Source of the DNA: Gemmatimonadaceae bacterium
GTDB taxonomy: Bacteria > Gemmatimonadota > Gemmatimonadetes > Gemmatimonadales > Gemmatimonadaceae
NCBI GenBank assembly: GCA_040901985.1
Contig: JBBDYC010000014.1
Location: 17,755-81,754, forward strand
Reading direction: 5' to 3'
Length of the DNA stretch: 64,000 nucleotides
Shown: in pieces, positions 30,344 to 42,880 of the stretch
Layout of the letters: every line of letters starts with the position of its first letter
Numbering within the stretch: the first letter of the stretch is position 1
Translations under genes and position numbers: made by a program
The notes under the pieces: model-generated
Databases searched by the model: none
Told to the model about the DNA's origin: nothing
Seen by the model: the letters and a program-made list of their open reading frames with translations, nothing else

Positions 30344-31671
30344 CCGTGCCGACCGTCTACATCGAGACCTACGGCTGTCAGATGAACGTCAGCGACTCCG
30401 AGCTGATGTACGGCAAGCTCGAGGCCGAAGGGTATGTGGCGGTGGACGCGCCCGGCGGCGCCGACGTGGTCCTCGTCAACACCTGCGCGATCCGCGAGAA
30501 CGCCGAGCAGCGGGTGATCGGACGCCTTGGCGAGTTGCGCCGCGACCTCAAGCCGGGCGCCGTGCTCGGCGTGACCGGGTGCATGGCGCAGCGCCTCGGG
30601 CCGCGGCTCCTCGCGACCGACACTCGCGTGCAGCTGGTGGTCGGTCCCGACGGGTATCGCGCACTGCCGTCGCTGATCGAGGGCGCGCGGAACGGTGAAC
30701 GCTTTTCGGCCACCGACTTCGACCTCGAGGAGCACTACGAGGACTTCACCGCGCGCCGGTTCGAAGGGGTGAAGGCGTGGATCCCCGTGCAGCGCGGCTG
30801 CGACTACCGCTGCACCTATTGCATCGTCCCGACGACGCGCGGCCCCGAGCGGAGCCGTCGGATGGCCGACGTCGTGCGGGAAACCGCCGAGGTGGCCGCA
30901 CAGGGGATCACGGAGGTCGTGCTCCTCGGCCAGACGGTGAACTCGTACCACGACGGCGCGCACGACTTTGCCGACCTCCTCCGCGCGGTGGGCCGCGTGG
31001 ACGGGATCCGCCGGGTGCGCTACACGAGCCCGCACCCGAACGACTTCTCCGACCGCGTGATTGCGGCGATGGCCGAGACGCCGACGGTCTGCGAGCACGT
31101 CCACCTGCCGATGCAGAGCGGCTCGACGTCGGTCCTCAAGCGGATGCTGCGACGGTATTCGCGCGAGGAATACCTCGCGAGCGTGGAGCGGCTGCGCGGT
31201 GCGATTCCCGGTCTCGGCCTGACGACGGACATCATCGTCGGCTTCCCGGGGGAGACCGACGCGGAGTTTGCCGAGACGCTCTCGCTCTGCCGCGAGGTGC
31301 GGTTCGACGACGCGTTCACCTTCAAGTTCTCGGCGCGCGAGGGGACGCCGGCGACGCGGATGCCGGCGGAGTGGACCGTGCCGACGGCCGTCGTGGACGC
31401 GCGCTACGAGGCGCTGGTGGCGACGGTGCGGGGAATCTCGCGCGAAAAGAATCTCGGCCGGCTTGGCGAGCGGATGGAAGTCTTGGTAGAGAAGGAGGCG
31501 CGCAAGGGCGACCTCCTGCAGGCGCGGTCGCGTGACTTCAAGACGGTGTTGGTCCCGGGCACGCCGGAGCTGATCGGCACGTACCTGACGGTGGAACTCA
31601 CCGGGACGACCGGCGCGACCTTCACCGGGACCCCGGTCGCCGAGCGTCAGGCGCTGCCGCTGGCGGGGTAG
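30340..31671 (+). CDS. miaB: tRNA-2-methylthio-N6-dimethylallyladenosine synthase
   Basis: TYGCQMNVSDSE, NTCAIRE, CDYRCTYC radical-SAM motif, C-terminal TRAM domain. Confidence 0.96.
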   Translation: MTVPTVYIETYGCQMNVSDSELMYGKLEAEGYVAVDAPGGADVVLVNTCAIRENAEQRVIGRLGELRRDLKPGAVLGVTGCMAQRLGPRLLATDTRVQLVVGPDGYRALPSLIEGARNGERFSATDFDLEEHYEDFTARRFEGVKAWIPVQRGCDYRCTYCIVPTTRGPERSRRMADVVRETAEVAAQGITEVVLLGQTVNSYHDGAHDFADLLRAVGRVDGIRRVRYTSPHPNDFSDRVIAAMAETPTVCEHVHLPMQSGSTSVLKRMLRRYSREEYLASVERLRGAIPGLGLTTDIIVGFPGETDAEFAETLSLCREVRFDDAFTFKFSAREGTPATRMPAEWTVPTAVVDARYEALVATVRGISREKNLGRLGERMEVLVEKEARKGDLLQARSRDFKTVLVPGTPELIGTYLTVELTGTTGATFTGTPVAERQALPLAG

Positions 31672-31782
31672 CGGTCCGGGGGCGGCGCGAGGCCGCCTCG
31701 AGCGGCGCGCCGCACGGTTCCGCGCCGCGTTGCATTGATAGGGTGAACCGGCCGAGGCGGCTGCCGTGAGTGTTCGGCGGCG

Positions 31783-34020
31783 ATGCCTCTCATCCTGCGC
31801 GCGGCGATCGTCTGGGCAGCTGGCACCGCGGCGGGGCTGAGCGGTCTCGGCGGCCCGGCGGTGATCATTGCCCTCTGTGCCGGGACAATTGTTGCCATCG
31901 CCGTGGCCGACGACCGCGGCCTCGCCGTCGCCGCGCTGGCGCTCCTCGGCGGGACCGCGCTGCTCCTTGGTGCCGACGTGCGCGCCGCCGATGCGCGGTG
32001 CCTGATGGACGCGCAGCGCGCCACGAACTGGAGCGTCCGGCTCCTTGACCACGCCGCGCCGGGCAGCTTCGTGCGCGCGACGATCCGCGGCGACGGATGC
32101 AGGGTGAGCGTGGCGCTGGCCGTCGCAAGCGGCGAGGCGCCGGCCGGGAGCACGGTGCGGGTCACGCGCGCCGAGCCGAGCAGCGGCGACCGCGGGCTCC
32201 TGCTGCGCGGTGCGCGGCTGGCCGTCGAGCGCGCACCGGGGCCGCTCGACCGGTGGCGCAACGGTGTAGGCGTGAAGCTCGATGCACTCTTCGGCGACGA
32301 TGCGGCAATCGTACGCGCGCTCTTGATTGCCGACACCAAGGGGCTCTCGCCGGCGATCCGCGAGCGCTACGCCGATGCGGGCCTAGTGCATATCCTGTCC
32401 ATCTCGGGGTTGCACGTGGCGATCGTCGGGGGCGCGCTGCTCCTGCTCTTCGAGGCGCTGCGGCTGTCGCCGGTGGCCGCGCGCGCCGCCGCGGTCGGCG
32501 TGACGGCGCTCTACGTACTGGCAATCGGCGCGCCGCCGCCGGCGGCGCGCAGTGCCACGCTCTTTGCGGTGCTCGCCATCTCGCGCGCCGCCCAGCGCCC
32601 GGTCTCGCCGTGGGGGAGCTACGCCCTCGGTGCGCTGATCCCCCTCGTGGACCCTCGCACGGTCCTCAACCTCGGCTGGCAGCTCTCGCTGGCCGGGTAC
32701 GCGGCGATCATCGTCTCCGGGCGGCTCTCGCGCCGCGTGGTGCCGGAGCGGTGGCGTGGGTGGCGACGCACCGTGGCGCGGGACCTGATGGCCGGGCTCC
32801 TGACGACGCTCGCCACGGCCCCCCTCGTCGCCTGGCACTTCGGGCGGTTGAGTCTCGTATCACCGCTGTCGAACATTGCCGCCGGTCCAGTCGTCGCGCT
32901 GCTGCAGCCGACGCTCTTCCTGGCGATGGCGATGCCGTTCCGCGGCGTGGCGGCCTTTGTGGCGGACGCGGCCGCGCCGATGCTCGTCGCGCTCGACGGC
33001 ATCGCCGCGATGGCGGCGGCCCTCCCCGGTGCCGCGATGGTCGTCGCCCCGAGTGCCGTGGCCGCCGTGCTGAGCGGGATCGCGGCCAGCTCACTCCTGG
33101 CCGCCGGGTGGGCGCGGCAGTGGCGCCCGCCGCTCACGGTCGCCGTTGCGGCGGTGGCGCTGATCGCGTGGATGCCGGCCACGCCGCTGGCGGCCGACCG
33201 CGGCGCCGAAGTGCATCTCCTCGACGTCGGACAGGGGGATGCGATTGCCATCCGGTCGCCTGCAGGGCGGTGGGTCCTCGTGGACGCCGGCCGGAGCTGG
33301 TCGTCGGGCGACGCCGGCCGAAGCACGGTCATCCCGCATCTTCGTCGCCGCGGCGGACCCCTGGCGATGCTCGTCCTCACCCACCCGCACGCCGACCACA
33401 TCGGGGGCGCGGCGAGCGTGTTGCGCGCGCTCCGCCCCGCCGAGGTGCGCGACGCCGCGTTCGTCGAACGGAGTGCCGGATACCTCGCACTCCTGCGCAC
33501 CGCGCACGAGGTCGGCACGCGATGGCAGCGGGTGCGCCCCGGGGAGGTCGTGGAACTCGACGGGATGAGTCTGGAGTTCCTCGCGCCCGACTCCGCGTGG
33601 ACGACTTCGCTCAGCGATCCCAACGAGGCGAGCACGGTGGTACGCGTCCAGTTCGGCGCGGTGAGCTTCCTCCTCACGGGGGACGCCGAGGCGCGGGAGG
33701 AGGCGTGGCTGCTCGACCACGCCGCCGAGCGGCTCGCCAGCGACGTGCTCAAGGTGGCCCATCACGGGTCGGCCACCAGCACCACGCCGGCGTTTCTCTC
33801 GGCGGTGGCGCCGCGGCTGGCGGTGGTCTCGGTGGGCGCCGGCAACACCTATGGGCACCCGTCGAGCGAGGTGATGCGACGTCTCGCCGCTGCGGGCGCG
33901 ACGGTGCTCCGCACCGACCAGCTGGGGACGGTGGTCCTGCGCACGGACGGAGCGCGGATCGAAGTGGTCGCGGCCGGCCACCGGTGGACCGCCGCGCAGC
34001 CATTGCCCGAAGCGCCGTGA
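31783..34020 (+). CDS. comEC: Competence protein ComEC/Rec2
   Basis: HILSISGLHV, LDVGQGDA, THPHADHIGG, KVAHHGS and YGHP. Confidence 0.94.
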   Translation: MPLILRAAIVWAAGTAAGLSGLGGPAVIIALCAGTIVAIAVADDRGLAVAALALLGGTALLLGADVRAADARCLMDAQRATNWSVRLLDHAAPGSFVRATIRGDGCRVSVALAVASGEAPAGSTVRVTRAEPSSGDRGLLLRGARLAVERAPGPLDRWRNGVGVKLDALFGDDAAIVRALLIADTKGLSPAIRERYADAGLVHILSISGLHVAIVGGALLLLFEALRLSPVAARAAAVGVTALYVLAIGAPPPAARSATLFAVLAISRAAQRPVSPWGSYALGALIPLVDPRTVLNLGWQLSLAGYAAIIVSGRLSRRVVPERWRGWRRTVARDLMAGLLTTLATAPLVAWHFGRLSLVSPLSNIAAGPVVALLQPTLFLAMAMPFRGVAAFVADAAAPMLVALDGIAAMAAALPGAAMVVAPSAVAAVLSGIAASSLLAAGWARQWRPPLTVAVAAVALIAWMPATPLAADRGAEVHLLDVGQGDAIAIRSPAGRWVLVDAGRSWSSGDAGRSTVIPHLRRRGGPLAMLVLTHPHADHIGGAASVLRALRPAEVRDAAFVERSAGYLALLRTAHEVGTRWQRVRPGEVVELDGMSLEFLAPDSAWTTSLSDPNEASTVVRVQFGAVSFLLTGDAEAREEAWLLDHAAERLASDVLKVAHHGSATSTTPAFLSAVAPRLAVVSVGAGNTYGHPSSEVMRRLAAAGATVLRTDQLGTVVLRTDGARIEVVAAGHRWTAAQPLPEAP

Positions 34021-34074
34021 CCCGGCCACCTTTCCCCGGTCGCTGGGCCCTCGTTCACCCGCACCCCGCACGCC

Positions 34075-35084
34075 GTGGTCAAGCACACCGAATCCTCGGT
34101 CGTCACGATCGAGCGCTTCATCATCGAGCAGGAGCGCCTCCTTCCGCACGCCACCGGGGAGCTCTCCGGCGTCCTCGCCGACCTCGCCATCGCCAGCAAG
34201 ATGATCGCCAACAAGGTGCGGCTCGCCGGACTGGCGGACGTGCTCGGCGAGCACGGGACGCAGAACGTGCAGGGGGAGGCGCAGCAGAAGCTCGATGTCC
34301 TCGCCAACACGATCATGGTCAAGGCACTCGACCACGGCGGCCGCCTCTGCGCAATGGCGTCGGAGGAGGAGGAGGGGATCATCCAGATTCCCGAGCGCTT
34401 TCGGCGCGGGAAATATGTCCTGCTGTTCGACCCGCTCGACGGCTCGTCCAACATTGACGTCAATGTGCCGGTGGGGACGATCTTCTCGATTCTCCGGAAG
34501 GTCACCGACGGCCCGGACGGCACGCTCGAGGATATGCTGCAGGCCGGCACGGAGCAGGTCGCGGCGGGCTATGTCATCTACGGGGCGAGCACGATGCTCG
34601 TCTATACCGCCGGGCGGGGCGTGCACGGCTTCACGCTCGACCCGTCCATCGGTGAGTTCCTCCTCTCGCACCCGGACCTGCGGATTCCCGAGCACGGCCG
34701 CTACCTGAGCGTGAACGACGCCTACGAGCGGGACTGGGCCGAGGACGTGCGGGCGCTGATGCGCCGCTATCGCGGGATGGATGGAGAGCGCACGGCGATG
34801 AACGTCCGCTACGTGGGCTCGCTGGTTGCCGATTTCCACCGCAACCTCCTCGGCGGCGGGCTCTTCGCGTATCCGGCCAACGCCAGGTATCCGCAGGGCA
34901 AGTTGCGCCTCCTCTACGAGTGCAACCCGCTCGCGTTCGTGGTCGAGCAGGCCGGCGGGTCGGCGATTGACGGCCGGCAGCGGATCCTCGACGTGAGGCC
35001 GACGGCGCTGCATCAGCGCTCGCCGTACTACGTGGGGTCGAAGGCCGACGTGGCGATCGCCGCCGAGATGCTCGGGGCGCGCTG

Positions 35085-35085
<1 letters not shown>
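34075..35085 (+). CDS. fbp: Fructose-1,6-bisphosphatase class 1
   Basis: [26 protein letters not shown] and [11 protein letters not shown]. Confidence 0.96.
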
Positions 35086-36692
<1,607 letters not shown>

Positions 36693-36698
36693 CGCCGC

Positions 36699-36727
36699 TT
36701 GAACGCCCTGCGGACGCCGGCTAACTT
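36699..36727 (+). promoter_or_regulatory. Putative sigma70 promoter
   Basis: TTGAAC-17 nt-TAACTT upstream of the FmdB-argS genes. Confidence 0.55.
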
Positions 36728-36761
36728 TATCTGGCTCCGCACGTTACGCCCACTCCGCCCA

Positions 36762-37148
36762 ATGCCCACTTACGAGTATCGTTGCCCCGAGGGGCATGAG
36801 TTCGAGCGGTTCGTCCAGAAGATGAGCGACGCCGTGTCGGCGCTCGCCTGTCCGACGTGTGGCGTGATGGCCGAACGCCGGATGTCGGCAGGCGGTGGCT
36901 TGGTGTTCAAGGGCTCGGGGTTCTACATCACCGACTACGGGAAGGACGGGAAGAAGGATCAGGCCGCGGCGGCGAAGGCGGCAAAGGATGCCAGCGCGCC
37001 GGCGGCGGTGCCGGCGACAGCGGCGGCCCCCAAGGAAGGCGCGCCCACCGCGGCTGCCGTGCCCGCGACCTCGGCGACCTCGGCGACCCCGGCGACTCCG
37101 GCGACTCCAGCGACACCGCCGACCCCAAAGTCCGGCCCCGAGAAGTGA
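36762..37148 (+). CDS. FmdB family zinc-ribbon protein
   Basis: [13 protein letters not shown]...CPTCG...[11 protein letters not shown], with an Ala/Thr/Pro tail. Confidence 0.92.
   Translation: MPTYEYRCPEGHEFERFVQKMSDAVSALACPTCGVMAERRMSAGGGLVFKGSGFYITDYGKDGKKDQAAAAKAAKDASAPAAVPATAAAPKEGAPTAAAVPATSATSATPATPATPATPPTPKSGPEK
37065..37127 (+). repeat. Seven 9-nt tandem repeats (ATS/ATP) in the FmdB tail
   Basis: GCGACCTCG, GCGACCCCG and GCGACTCCG variants in tandem. Confidence 0.85.
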
Positions 37149-38788
37149 GCGGCGTCGAGGGATTGCGCGCCGCCCTGGTCCGCGCGGCGGTCGCCATCGG
37201 TGCGCCCGCCGACGTGCAGGTGACCCTCGAGCGCCCGCGCGATCCCGCGCACGGCGATTGGGCCACCAACGTCGCGATGACGCTCGCGCGCCCGCTGGCA
37301 AGGAAGCCGCGCGAGATTGCCGACGCACTCGTCGCCGCGCTCGACACCAAGGCCGCCGGGGTCGTCGAGGCCTCGGTGGCCGGCCCGGGGTTCATCAACC
37401 TGCGCCTGGCGACGGCCGACCTCGCGTCGGGGATCGCGCGGATCCTGCAGCAGGAGCGCGCCTGGGGCAGCGGCACCGGCGGGATCGGAAAGACGGCGAT
37501 CGTCGAGTTCGTCTCGGCGAATCCCACCGGGCCGCTCCACGTCGGCCACGGTCGCCAGGCCGCCCTCGGCGACGCAATCGCCTCGCTCCTCGCGTCGCAG
37601 GGGTGGGCGGTGACGCGGGAGTTCTACTACAACGACGGCGGCGTCCAGATCCAGAACCTCGCCCTTTCCGTGCAGGCGCGGCTGCGCGAGCGCGCCGGCG
37701 AACCGCTGACGCTTCCCGAGGGCGGCTACCACGGCGAGTACATCAAGGACATCGCCGCGCGCTACGCCGAGGAGTTCCCAGGGGATACGCGTGGCGACGA
37801 CCTCGAGCAGGTGCGTCAGGTGGCCGTGCGCGAACTGCGCAAGGAGCAAGATCTCGACCTCCGCGCCTTTGGCGTGACCTTCGACGTCCATTTCCTCGAG
37901 TCGTCGCTGTACACCGATGGGTTGGTCGAGAAGACCGTCGTGGGCCTGCAGCGCGCCGGACACACCTTCGAGGACGAAGGCGCGCTCTACCTCCGCACCA
38001 CGGACTACGGCGACGACAAGGACCGCGTGATGCGGAAGAGCGACGGCACCTACACGTACTTCGTGCCCGACGTCGCGTACCACGTCACCAAGTTCGAGCG
38101 CGGCTTCACGCGGGCGATCAACGTGCAGGGCGCCGACCACCACGGCACCACGGCACGCGTGCGCGCCGGACTGCAGGCGTTGGAAATGGGCATCCCGGCG
38201 GGCTACCCGGAGTACGTCCTCCACCAGATGGTGACGGTGATGAAGGGCGGCGCGGAGGTGAAGATCTCCAAGCGCGCCGGCAGCTACGTCACCGTGCGCG
38301 ACCTCATTGACGAGGTCGGGCGCGACGCCGTCCGGTACTTCTTCCTGATGCGCAAGGGCGACTCGCAGCTCGTTTTCGACGTGGACCTCGCGCGGTCGCA
38401 GTCGGAGGAGAATCCGGTCTACTACATCCAGATGGCGCACGCGCGCCTCTGCGGGATCTTCCGCGTCGGCGCGGTGGACCCGGGGAGCGTCACCGGCCGC
38501 GACGTGGACTGGAGCGCGCTCGACACCGTCGAGGAGCGCGAGCTCGTGAAGACGATGCTCGACTGGCCGGACTTCGTGGCGAGCGCCGCCGACGCCCTCG
38601 AGCCGCACCGCGTGGCCAACTGGCTCCTCGAGACGGCGCGACTTGTGCACACCTGGTACCACAAGCATCACGTGCTGGGCGAGGAGCCGCGCGTGATGCA
38701 GGCGCGGCTCGCGCTCGCCAAGGCGGCGCGGATCACGCTCGCCGACGGCCTCGGGCTGCTCGGCATCGGCGCCCCGGAACGGATGTAG
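37145..38788 (+). CDS. argS: Arginine--tRNA ligase
   Basis: [25 protein letters not shown] and YYIQMAHAR. Confidence 0.96.
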   Translation: MSGVEGLRAALVRAAVAIGAPADVQVTLERPRDPAHGDWATNVAMTLARPLARKPREIADALVAALDTKAAGVVEASVAGPGFINLRLATADLASGIARILQQERAWGSGTGGIGKTAIVEFVSANPTGPLHVGHGRQAALGDAIASLLASQGWAVTREFYYNDGGVQIQNLALSVQARLRERAGEPLTLPEGGYHGEYIKDIAARYAEEFPGDTRGDDLEQVRQVAVRELRKEQDLDLRAFGVTFDVHFLESSLYTDGLVEKTVVGLQRAGHTFEDEGALYLRTTDYGDDKDRVMRKSDGTYTYFVPDVAYHVTKFERGFTRAINVQGADHHGTTARVRAGLQALEMGIPAGYPEYVLHQMVTVMKGGAEVKISKRAGSYVTVRDLIDEVGRDAVRYFFLMRKGDSQLVFDVDLARSQSEENPVYYIQMAHARLCGIFRVGAVDPGSVTGRDVDWSALDTVEERELVKTMLDWPDFVASAADALEPHRVANWLLETARLVHTWYHKHHVLGEEPRVMQARLALAKAARITLADGLGLLGIGAPERM

Positions 38789-38831
38789 TTTTGGCAAGGG
38801 AACGCGGCCACCTCTTCGCCTGGAACCCGGA

Positions 38832-39749
38832 ATGAGCGTACTCGTCGTTGGATCGGTGGCCCTCGATTCGGTCGAGACCCCGTTCGGCAAGGCCGACGAG
38901 GTGCTCGGCGGGTCGGCCATTTACTTCGCGGCCGCGGCGTCGCACCAGACGCCGGTCCAGTTCGTCGGTGTGGTCGGCCACGACTACCCGATGGACAGGC
39001 TCGAGCCGCTCAAGGCACGCGGCGTGGACCTCGCCGGCCTCGAAAGCGCCGAGGGCGAGTCGTTCCGCTGGCGCGGGCGGTACCGCCACGACCTGAACTC
39101 CGCCGAGACGCTCGAGACGCGCCTCGGCGTCTTTTCGCGCTTCAAGCCGAAGATCCCGGCGCAGTTCCGGTCGGCGGAGTACGTGTTCCTCGCGAACATT
39201 GACCCGCGACTGCAGCTCGACGTGCTGAGCCAGGTCACGAAGCCGAAGCTCGTCGCGTGCGACACGATGAACTTCTGGATCGAGTCGCGGCGTGCCGACC
39301 TGCTGGACTTGATCAAGCGGGTGGACCTGATCACGCTCAACGACGCCGAGGCGCGCCAGCTCACCGAGCAGGCAAACCTTGTGCAGGCGGCGCGCTGGAT
39401 CCTCGAGCGGGGGCCGCGCACCGTGCTGATCAAGAAGGGCGAGCACGGCGCCTTTATGTTCACGCGCGACACCGTGTTCTTCGCGCCCGCCTTTCCGCTC
39501 GAGTCGGTGTTCGACCCGACCGGGGCGGGCGATTCGTTCGCCGGCGGCTTTATGGGCTGGTTGGCGCGGACGCGGGACGTCAGCGAGGCGAATATGCGCC
39601 GCGCGGTGGTGATTGGGTCGGCGATGGGGTCGTTCGTGGTCGAGCAGTTCTCGATTGGCCGGCTCCTGGAGATCACGCGCGAGGACATTGATGCGCGGGT
39701 GGGCGAGTTCCACCGGCTCGTCGCCTTCGACCAGGCACTGCACGCGTGA
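38832..39749 (+). CDS. PfkB family carbohydrate/nucleoside kinase
   Basis: LGGSAIYF and DPTGAGDSFAGG. Confidence 0.92.
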   Translation: MSVLVVGSVALDSVETPFGKADEVLGGSAIYFAAAASHQTPVQFVGVVGHDYPMDRLEPLKARGVDLAGLESAEGESFRWRGRYRHDLNSAETLETRLGVFSRFKPKIPAQFRSAEYVFLANIDPRLQLDVLSQVTKPKLVACDTMNFWIESRRADLLDLIKRVDLITLNDAEARQLTEQANLVQAARWILERGPRTVLIKKGEHGAFMFTRDTVFFAPAFPLESVFDPTGAGDSFAGGFMGWLARTRDVSEANMRRAVVIGSAMGSFVVEQFSIGRLLEITREDIDARVGEFHRLVAFDQALHA

Positions 39750-40792
39750 GCCGCGCCAAGGGCCGCGCCAAGCCGCTCACCTACGCGAGCGCCGGCGTTG
39801 ACATTGACGCGGCGGAGGACTCCAAGCAGCGGATCAGGCGGCTGGTGGAGTCCACGTTCACCGCGGGGGCGCGCGGCGCCTTTGGCGGGTTCGGCGGGAT
39901 GTTCCGCGTCCCCGAGGGCGCGCGGAAACCGCTTCTCGTGGCGAGCGCCGACGGCGTCGGGACCAAGATCAAGGTCGCGATCGAGGCCAACCGACACGAC
40001 ACGATCGGCCACTGTCTCGTGAACCACTGCGTCAACGACATTCTCGTGCAGGGCGCCAAGCCGCTCTTCTTTCTCGACTACGTCGCGTTCGGGAAACTCA
40101 TCCCGTCGGTTGTCGAGGGAATCGTCGCCGGCGTGGCGGCCGGATGCCGCGAGAACGGCGCCTCGCTGATCGGTGGGGAGACGGCGGAGATGCCCGGCGT
40201 TTATACGCCGCCCGACTACGACCTTGCCGGATTCATCGTCGGCTGGGTCGAGGAGGACGAGGTCATCACGCCGGCGGGGGTGCGCGACGGCGACGTGCTG
40301 GTCGGACTCGGCAGCACAGGACTCCACACCAACGGCTATTCGCTGGCCAGGCGGATCGTCACCGAGCGGCTGCAGCTGGGCCCCGAGGACCCGTTCCCCG
40401 ACGCCGGGGGTAGGAGCGTTGCCGATGTCCTCTTGGCCGTGCACCGGTCGTATCTTTCGCTCCTCGGCGGCTCCCTCCGGCGGGTTCACGCGATGGCACA
40501 CATCACCGGGGGCGGGATTCCGGGGAACCTCGACCGGGCGCTCCCCCCCAACCTCGACGCGGTGGTCGAGACCGCGGCGTGGAAGATACCCCCTACCTTC
40601 CGGGTGCTGGAGGCGGCGGGTGGAGTGGCGCGGTCCGAGATGTACCGCGCGTTCAATATGGGCGTAGGAATGGTTGTGATTACGGACACATCGGGTGCCG
40701 TGCATATTCGTGACATTGCGTCGCAGGCCGGCGTCGCCAATTGGGTCATCGGCCACACCCGCCCTGGATCGGGTCGGGTTCACCTCGTCTAA
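39746..40792 (+). CDS. purM: Phosphoribosylformylglycinamidine cyclo-ligase
   Basis: YASAGVDID, DGVGTK, GGETAEMPG, HTNGYSL, HITGGG and FNMGVG. Confidence 0.96.
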   Translation: MSRAKGRAKPLTYASAGVDIDAAEDSKQRIRRLVESTFTAGARGAFGGFGGMFRVPEGARKPLLVASADGVGTKIKVAIEANRHDTIGHCLVNHCVNDILVQGAKPLFFLDYVAFGKLIPSVVEGIVAGVAAGCRENGASLIGGETAEMPGVYTPPDYDLAGFIVGWVEEDEVITPAGVRDGDVLVGLGSTGLHTNGYSLARRIVTERLQLGPEDPFPDAGGRSVADVLLAVHRSYLSLLGGSLRRVHAMAHITGGGIPGNLDRALPPNLDAVVETAAWKIPPTFRVLEAAGGVARSEMYRAFNMGVGMVVITDTSGAVHIRDIASQAGVANWVIGHTRPGSGRVHLV

Positions 40793-40810
40793 CCTGGGAG
40801 TTCACTCAGT

Positions 40811-41749
40811 ATGCGTCGTCTCCTTGTTGCCTCACTCGCGCTGGCGGTGTTGGCCATTCCCGCCCGGGCGCAGAATTGCGCTGCCGATGGCATCACCGAG
40901 GATGCGTGCGTCAAGGCGCGCGACCTCTTCCTGTATATGGCCCCGCAGTTGGGCACGGCCATCAGCGGTGGCAGCCACACACTCGGCGTCGGCACCACGC
41001 TCGGCGGCTTTCCGCACTTTGCGATTGCCCTCCGGGCGAACGCGGTGATGGGCGACCTGCCGACCATCGACAATGTCACCGTCGGCGCGGCGACCGTCTC
41101 GACGATCGAGAGCGAGGCGAACCCCGTCCCGATGGTCACCGCCGACTTTGCACTCGGCGTCTTCAAGGGCGTCTCGCTCGGTGTCACGCGCGTCGGTGGG
41201 GTGGACCTGATCGGCGGCGTCACCTTCGTGCCCAAAGTGGAAGACGACAACACGTCGCTCGTGCCGCAGAGCAGCACGTCAATCGGCCTTGGGGCGCGGA
41301 TCGGCCTGCTCGAGCAGTCGGCGGTCGTTCCGGGCGTCTCGTTCTCGTTCATGAAGCGGAACCTTCCGGTGCTCGATTTCGGCTTTGCGACCGATGGCGG
41401 CGACCAGTTCAACATTGACGATTTCACGGTGAACACGACGTCGTGGCGGCTCTCGGCGCAGAAGAACCTGTTGCTCTTCCAACTCGGCGCCGGCATCGGC
41501 GGCGACAAGTATGATTTTTCGACGACCGCCACCGGCGACGTGGACGGGGCCACCTTCGGCTTCGGCGCCAAGGAGTCAATGAGCCGCACGACGATGTACG
41601 GCACGCTGGGCCTCAACCTCTTCCTGTTCAAGGCGGTGGCCGAGGTCGGGCAAGTGAGCGGTGGCGACCTGGTGACATACAACGACTTCACCGAGCCGGC
41701 GGACAAGAATCGGCTGTACGCCACGGTCGGTCTTCGCATCAGCTTCTGA
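40811..41749 (+). CDS. Secreted, probable outer-membrane beta-barrel protein
   Basis: Signal peptide ending ARA-Q, N-terminal Cys pair, C-terminal strand YATVGLRISF. Confidence 0.7.
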   Translation: MRRLLVASLALAVLAIPARAQNCAADGITEDACVKARDLFLYMAPQLGTAISGGSHTLGVGTTLGGFPHFAIALRANAVMGDLPTIDNVTVGAATVSTIESEANPVPMVTADFALGVFKGVSLGVTRVGGVDLIGGVTFVPKVEDDNTSLVPQSSTSIGLGARIGLLEQSAVVPGVSFSFMKRNLPVLDFGFATDGGDQFNIDDFTVNTTSWRLSAQKNLLLFQLGAGIGGDKYDFSTTATGDVDGATFGFGAKESMSRTTMYGTLGLNLFLFKAVAEVGQVSGGDLVTYNDFTEPADKNRLYATVGLRISF

Positions 41750-41766
41750 GTGACCCGCAGGGATCG

Positions 41767-42855
41767 ATGACCCCACCGAGGGCCCCGCAGGACGGGGCGT
41801 TTATGCGCCGCGCGCTCGTCCTGGCGCGGCGCGGGTGGGGGCAGACGGCGCCAAACCCAATGGTTGGCGCCGTCGTCGTTCGTGGCGGCCAGACGGTCGG
41901 CGAGGGATGGCACGCCGAGTTCGGCGGGCCGCACGCCGAGGTGTTGGCGCTCGCCGCGGCAGGCGACGCGGCGAAGGGGGCGGACGTCTATGTGACGCTC
42001 GAGCCCTGCGCCCACCACGGCAAGACGCCCCCCTGCGCGTTGGCGCTGATCGCGGCCGGGGTGCGCCGCGTGGTCATCGCCCATCCGGATCCGAGTCCGG
42101 TGGCCAAAGGCGGCGCGGCCGCGCTGCACGCGGCGGGGATCGAGGTCGTCGAGGGCGTCGAGCGGGATCGTGCGGCGGACCTCAACGCGCCGTTTCTCTT
42201 TCAGCACGCGGTATCCGACCGCCCCTTCGTCACGCTCAAGCTGGCCCTCTCGAGCGAGGGCGCGCTGGCGCGCGCCGACGGACGACAAATCTGGCTCACT
42301 GGCACGTCCGCCAGACGGCAAGTGCACCGCTGGCGCGCCGGTGCGGATGCCATCGCCGTGGGTGTCGGCACCGCGATCGCCGACGACCCCGCGCTCACCG
42401 TGCGCCACGGACACCGGCCCCGGATTGCCCCAAAACGGGTGGTCTTCGACCGCACGGCCCGGCTTCCGCCCACCGGCAAGCTCGTGGAGACCGCCAGGCG
42501 AGTCCCTACCTGGGTGATCGCTGAGCGGCCGGACCCCGCACGGGCCGCGGCGTTGGAGGCGGCCGGCGTCGTCGTCCACCGGGCCGCGGGGCTCGGCGCC
42601 CAACTCGCCCTCCTGCGCGCCGAGGGCGTCGGGCACCTGTTCGTGGAAGGCGGGGCCGGACTGGCCGACGCCCTCCTGGGCGCCGGCTGGGTGGACCGGT
42701 TGATTATCTTTCGGGCGCCGGTCCCCTTGGGGGCCGGGGCCTTGGCCGGACTCGGGACTGCGGTCCCGCCGGTCGAAGGGACGGAGCGGTGGCAGGTCCT
42801 GGAGCGCCGGACCTACGGCGACGACCAGATGACCCGCTACCGCGCCGTCCGCTGA
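41767..42855 (+). CDS. ribD: Riboflavin biosynthesis deaminase/reductase
   Basis: PNPMVGAV, HAE, TLEPCAHHGKTPPC and VEGGA. Confidence 0.96.
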   Translation: MTPPRAPQDGAFMRRALVLARRGWGQTAPNPMVGAVVVRGGQTVGEGWHAEFGGPHAEVLALAAAGDAAKGADVYVTLEPCAHHGKTPPCALALIAAGVRRVVIAHPDPSPVAKGGAAALHAAGIEVVEGVERDRAADLNAPFLFQHAVSDRPFVTLKLALSSEGALARADGRQIWLTGTSARRQVHRWRAGADAIAVGVGTAIADDPALTVRHGHRPRIAPKRVVFDRTARLPPTGKLVETARRVPTWVIAERPDPARAAALEAAGVVVHRAAGLGAQLALLRAEGVGHLFVEGGAGLADALLGAGWVDRLIIFRAPVPLGAGALAGLGTAVPPVEGTERWQVLERRTYGDDQMTRYRAVR

Positions 42856-42880
42856 TTCCACTCACGAACGCACGCCGCGC

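Noticed and set aside
37065..37127. 9-nt tandem repeat as a phase-variation switch
   Set aside because: The unit length is a multiple of three and lies in a low-complexity tail typical of FmdB proteins.
41750..41766. FMN riboswitch ahead of the rib operon
   Set aside because: Only 17 nt of intergenic space and no RFN consensus.
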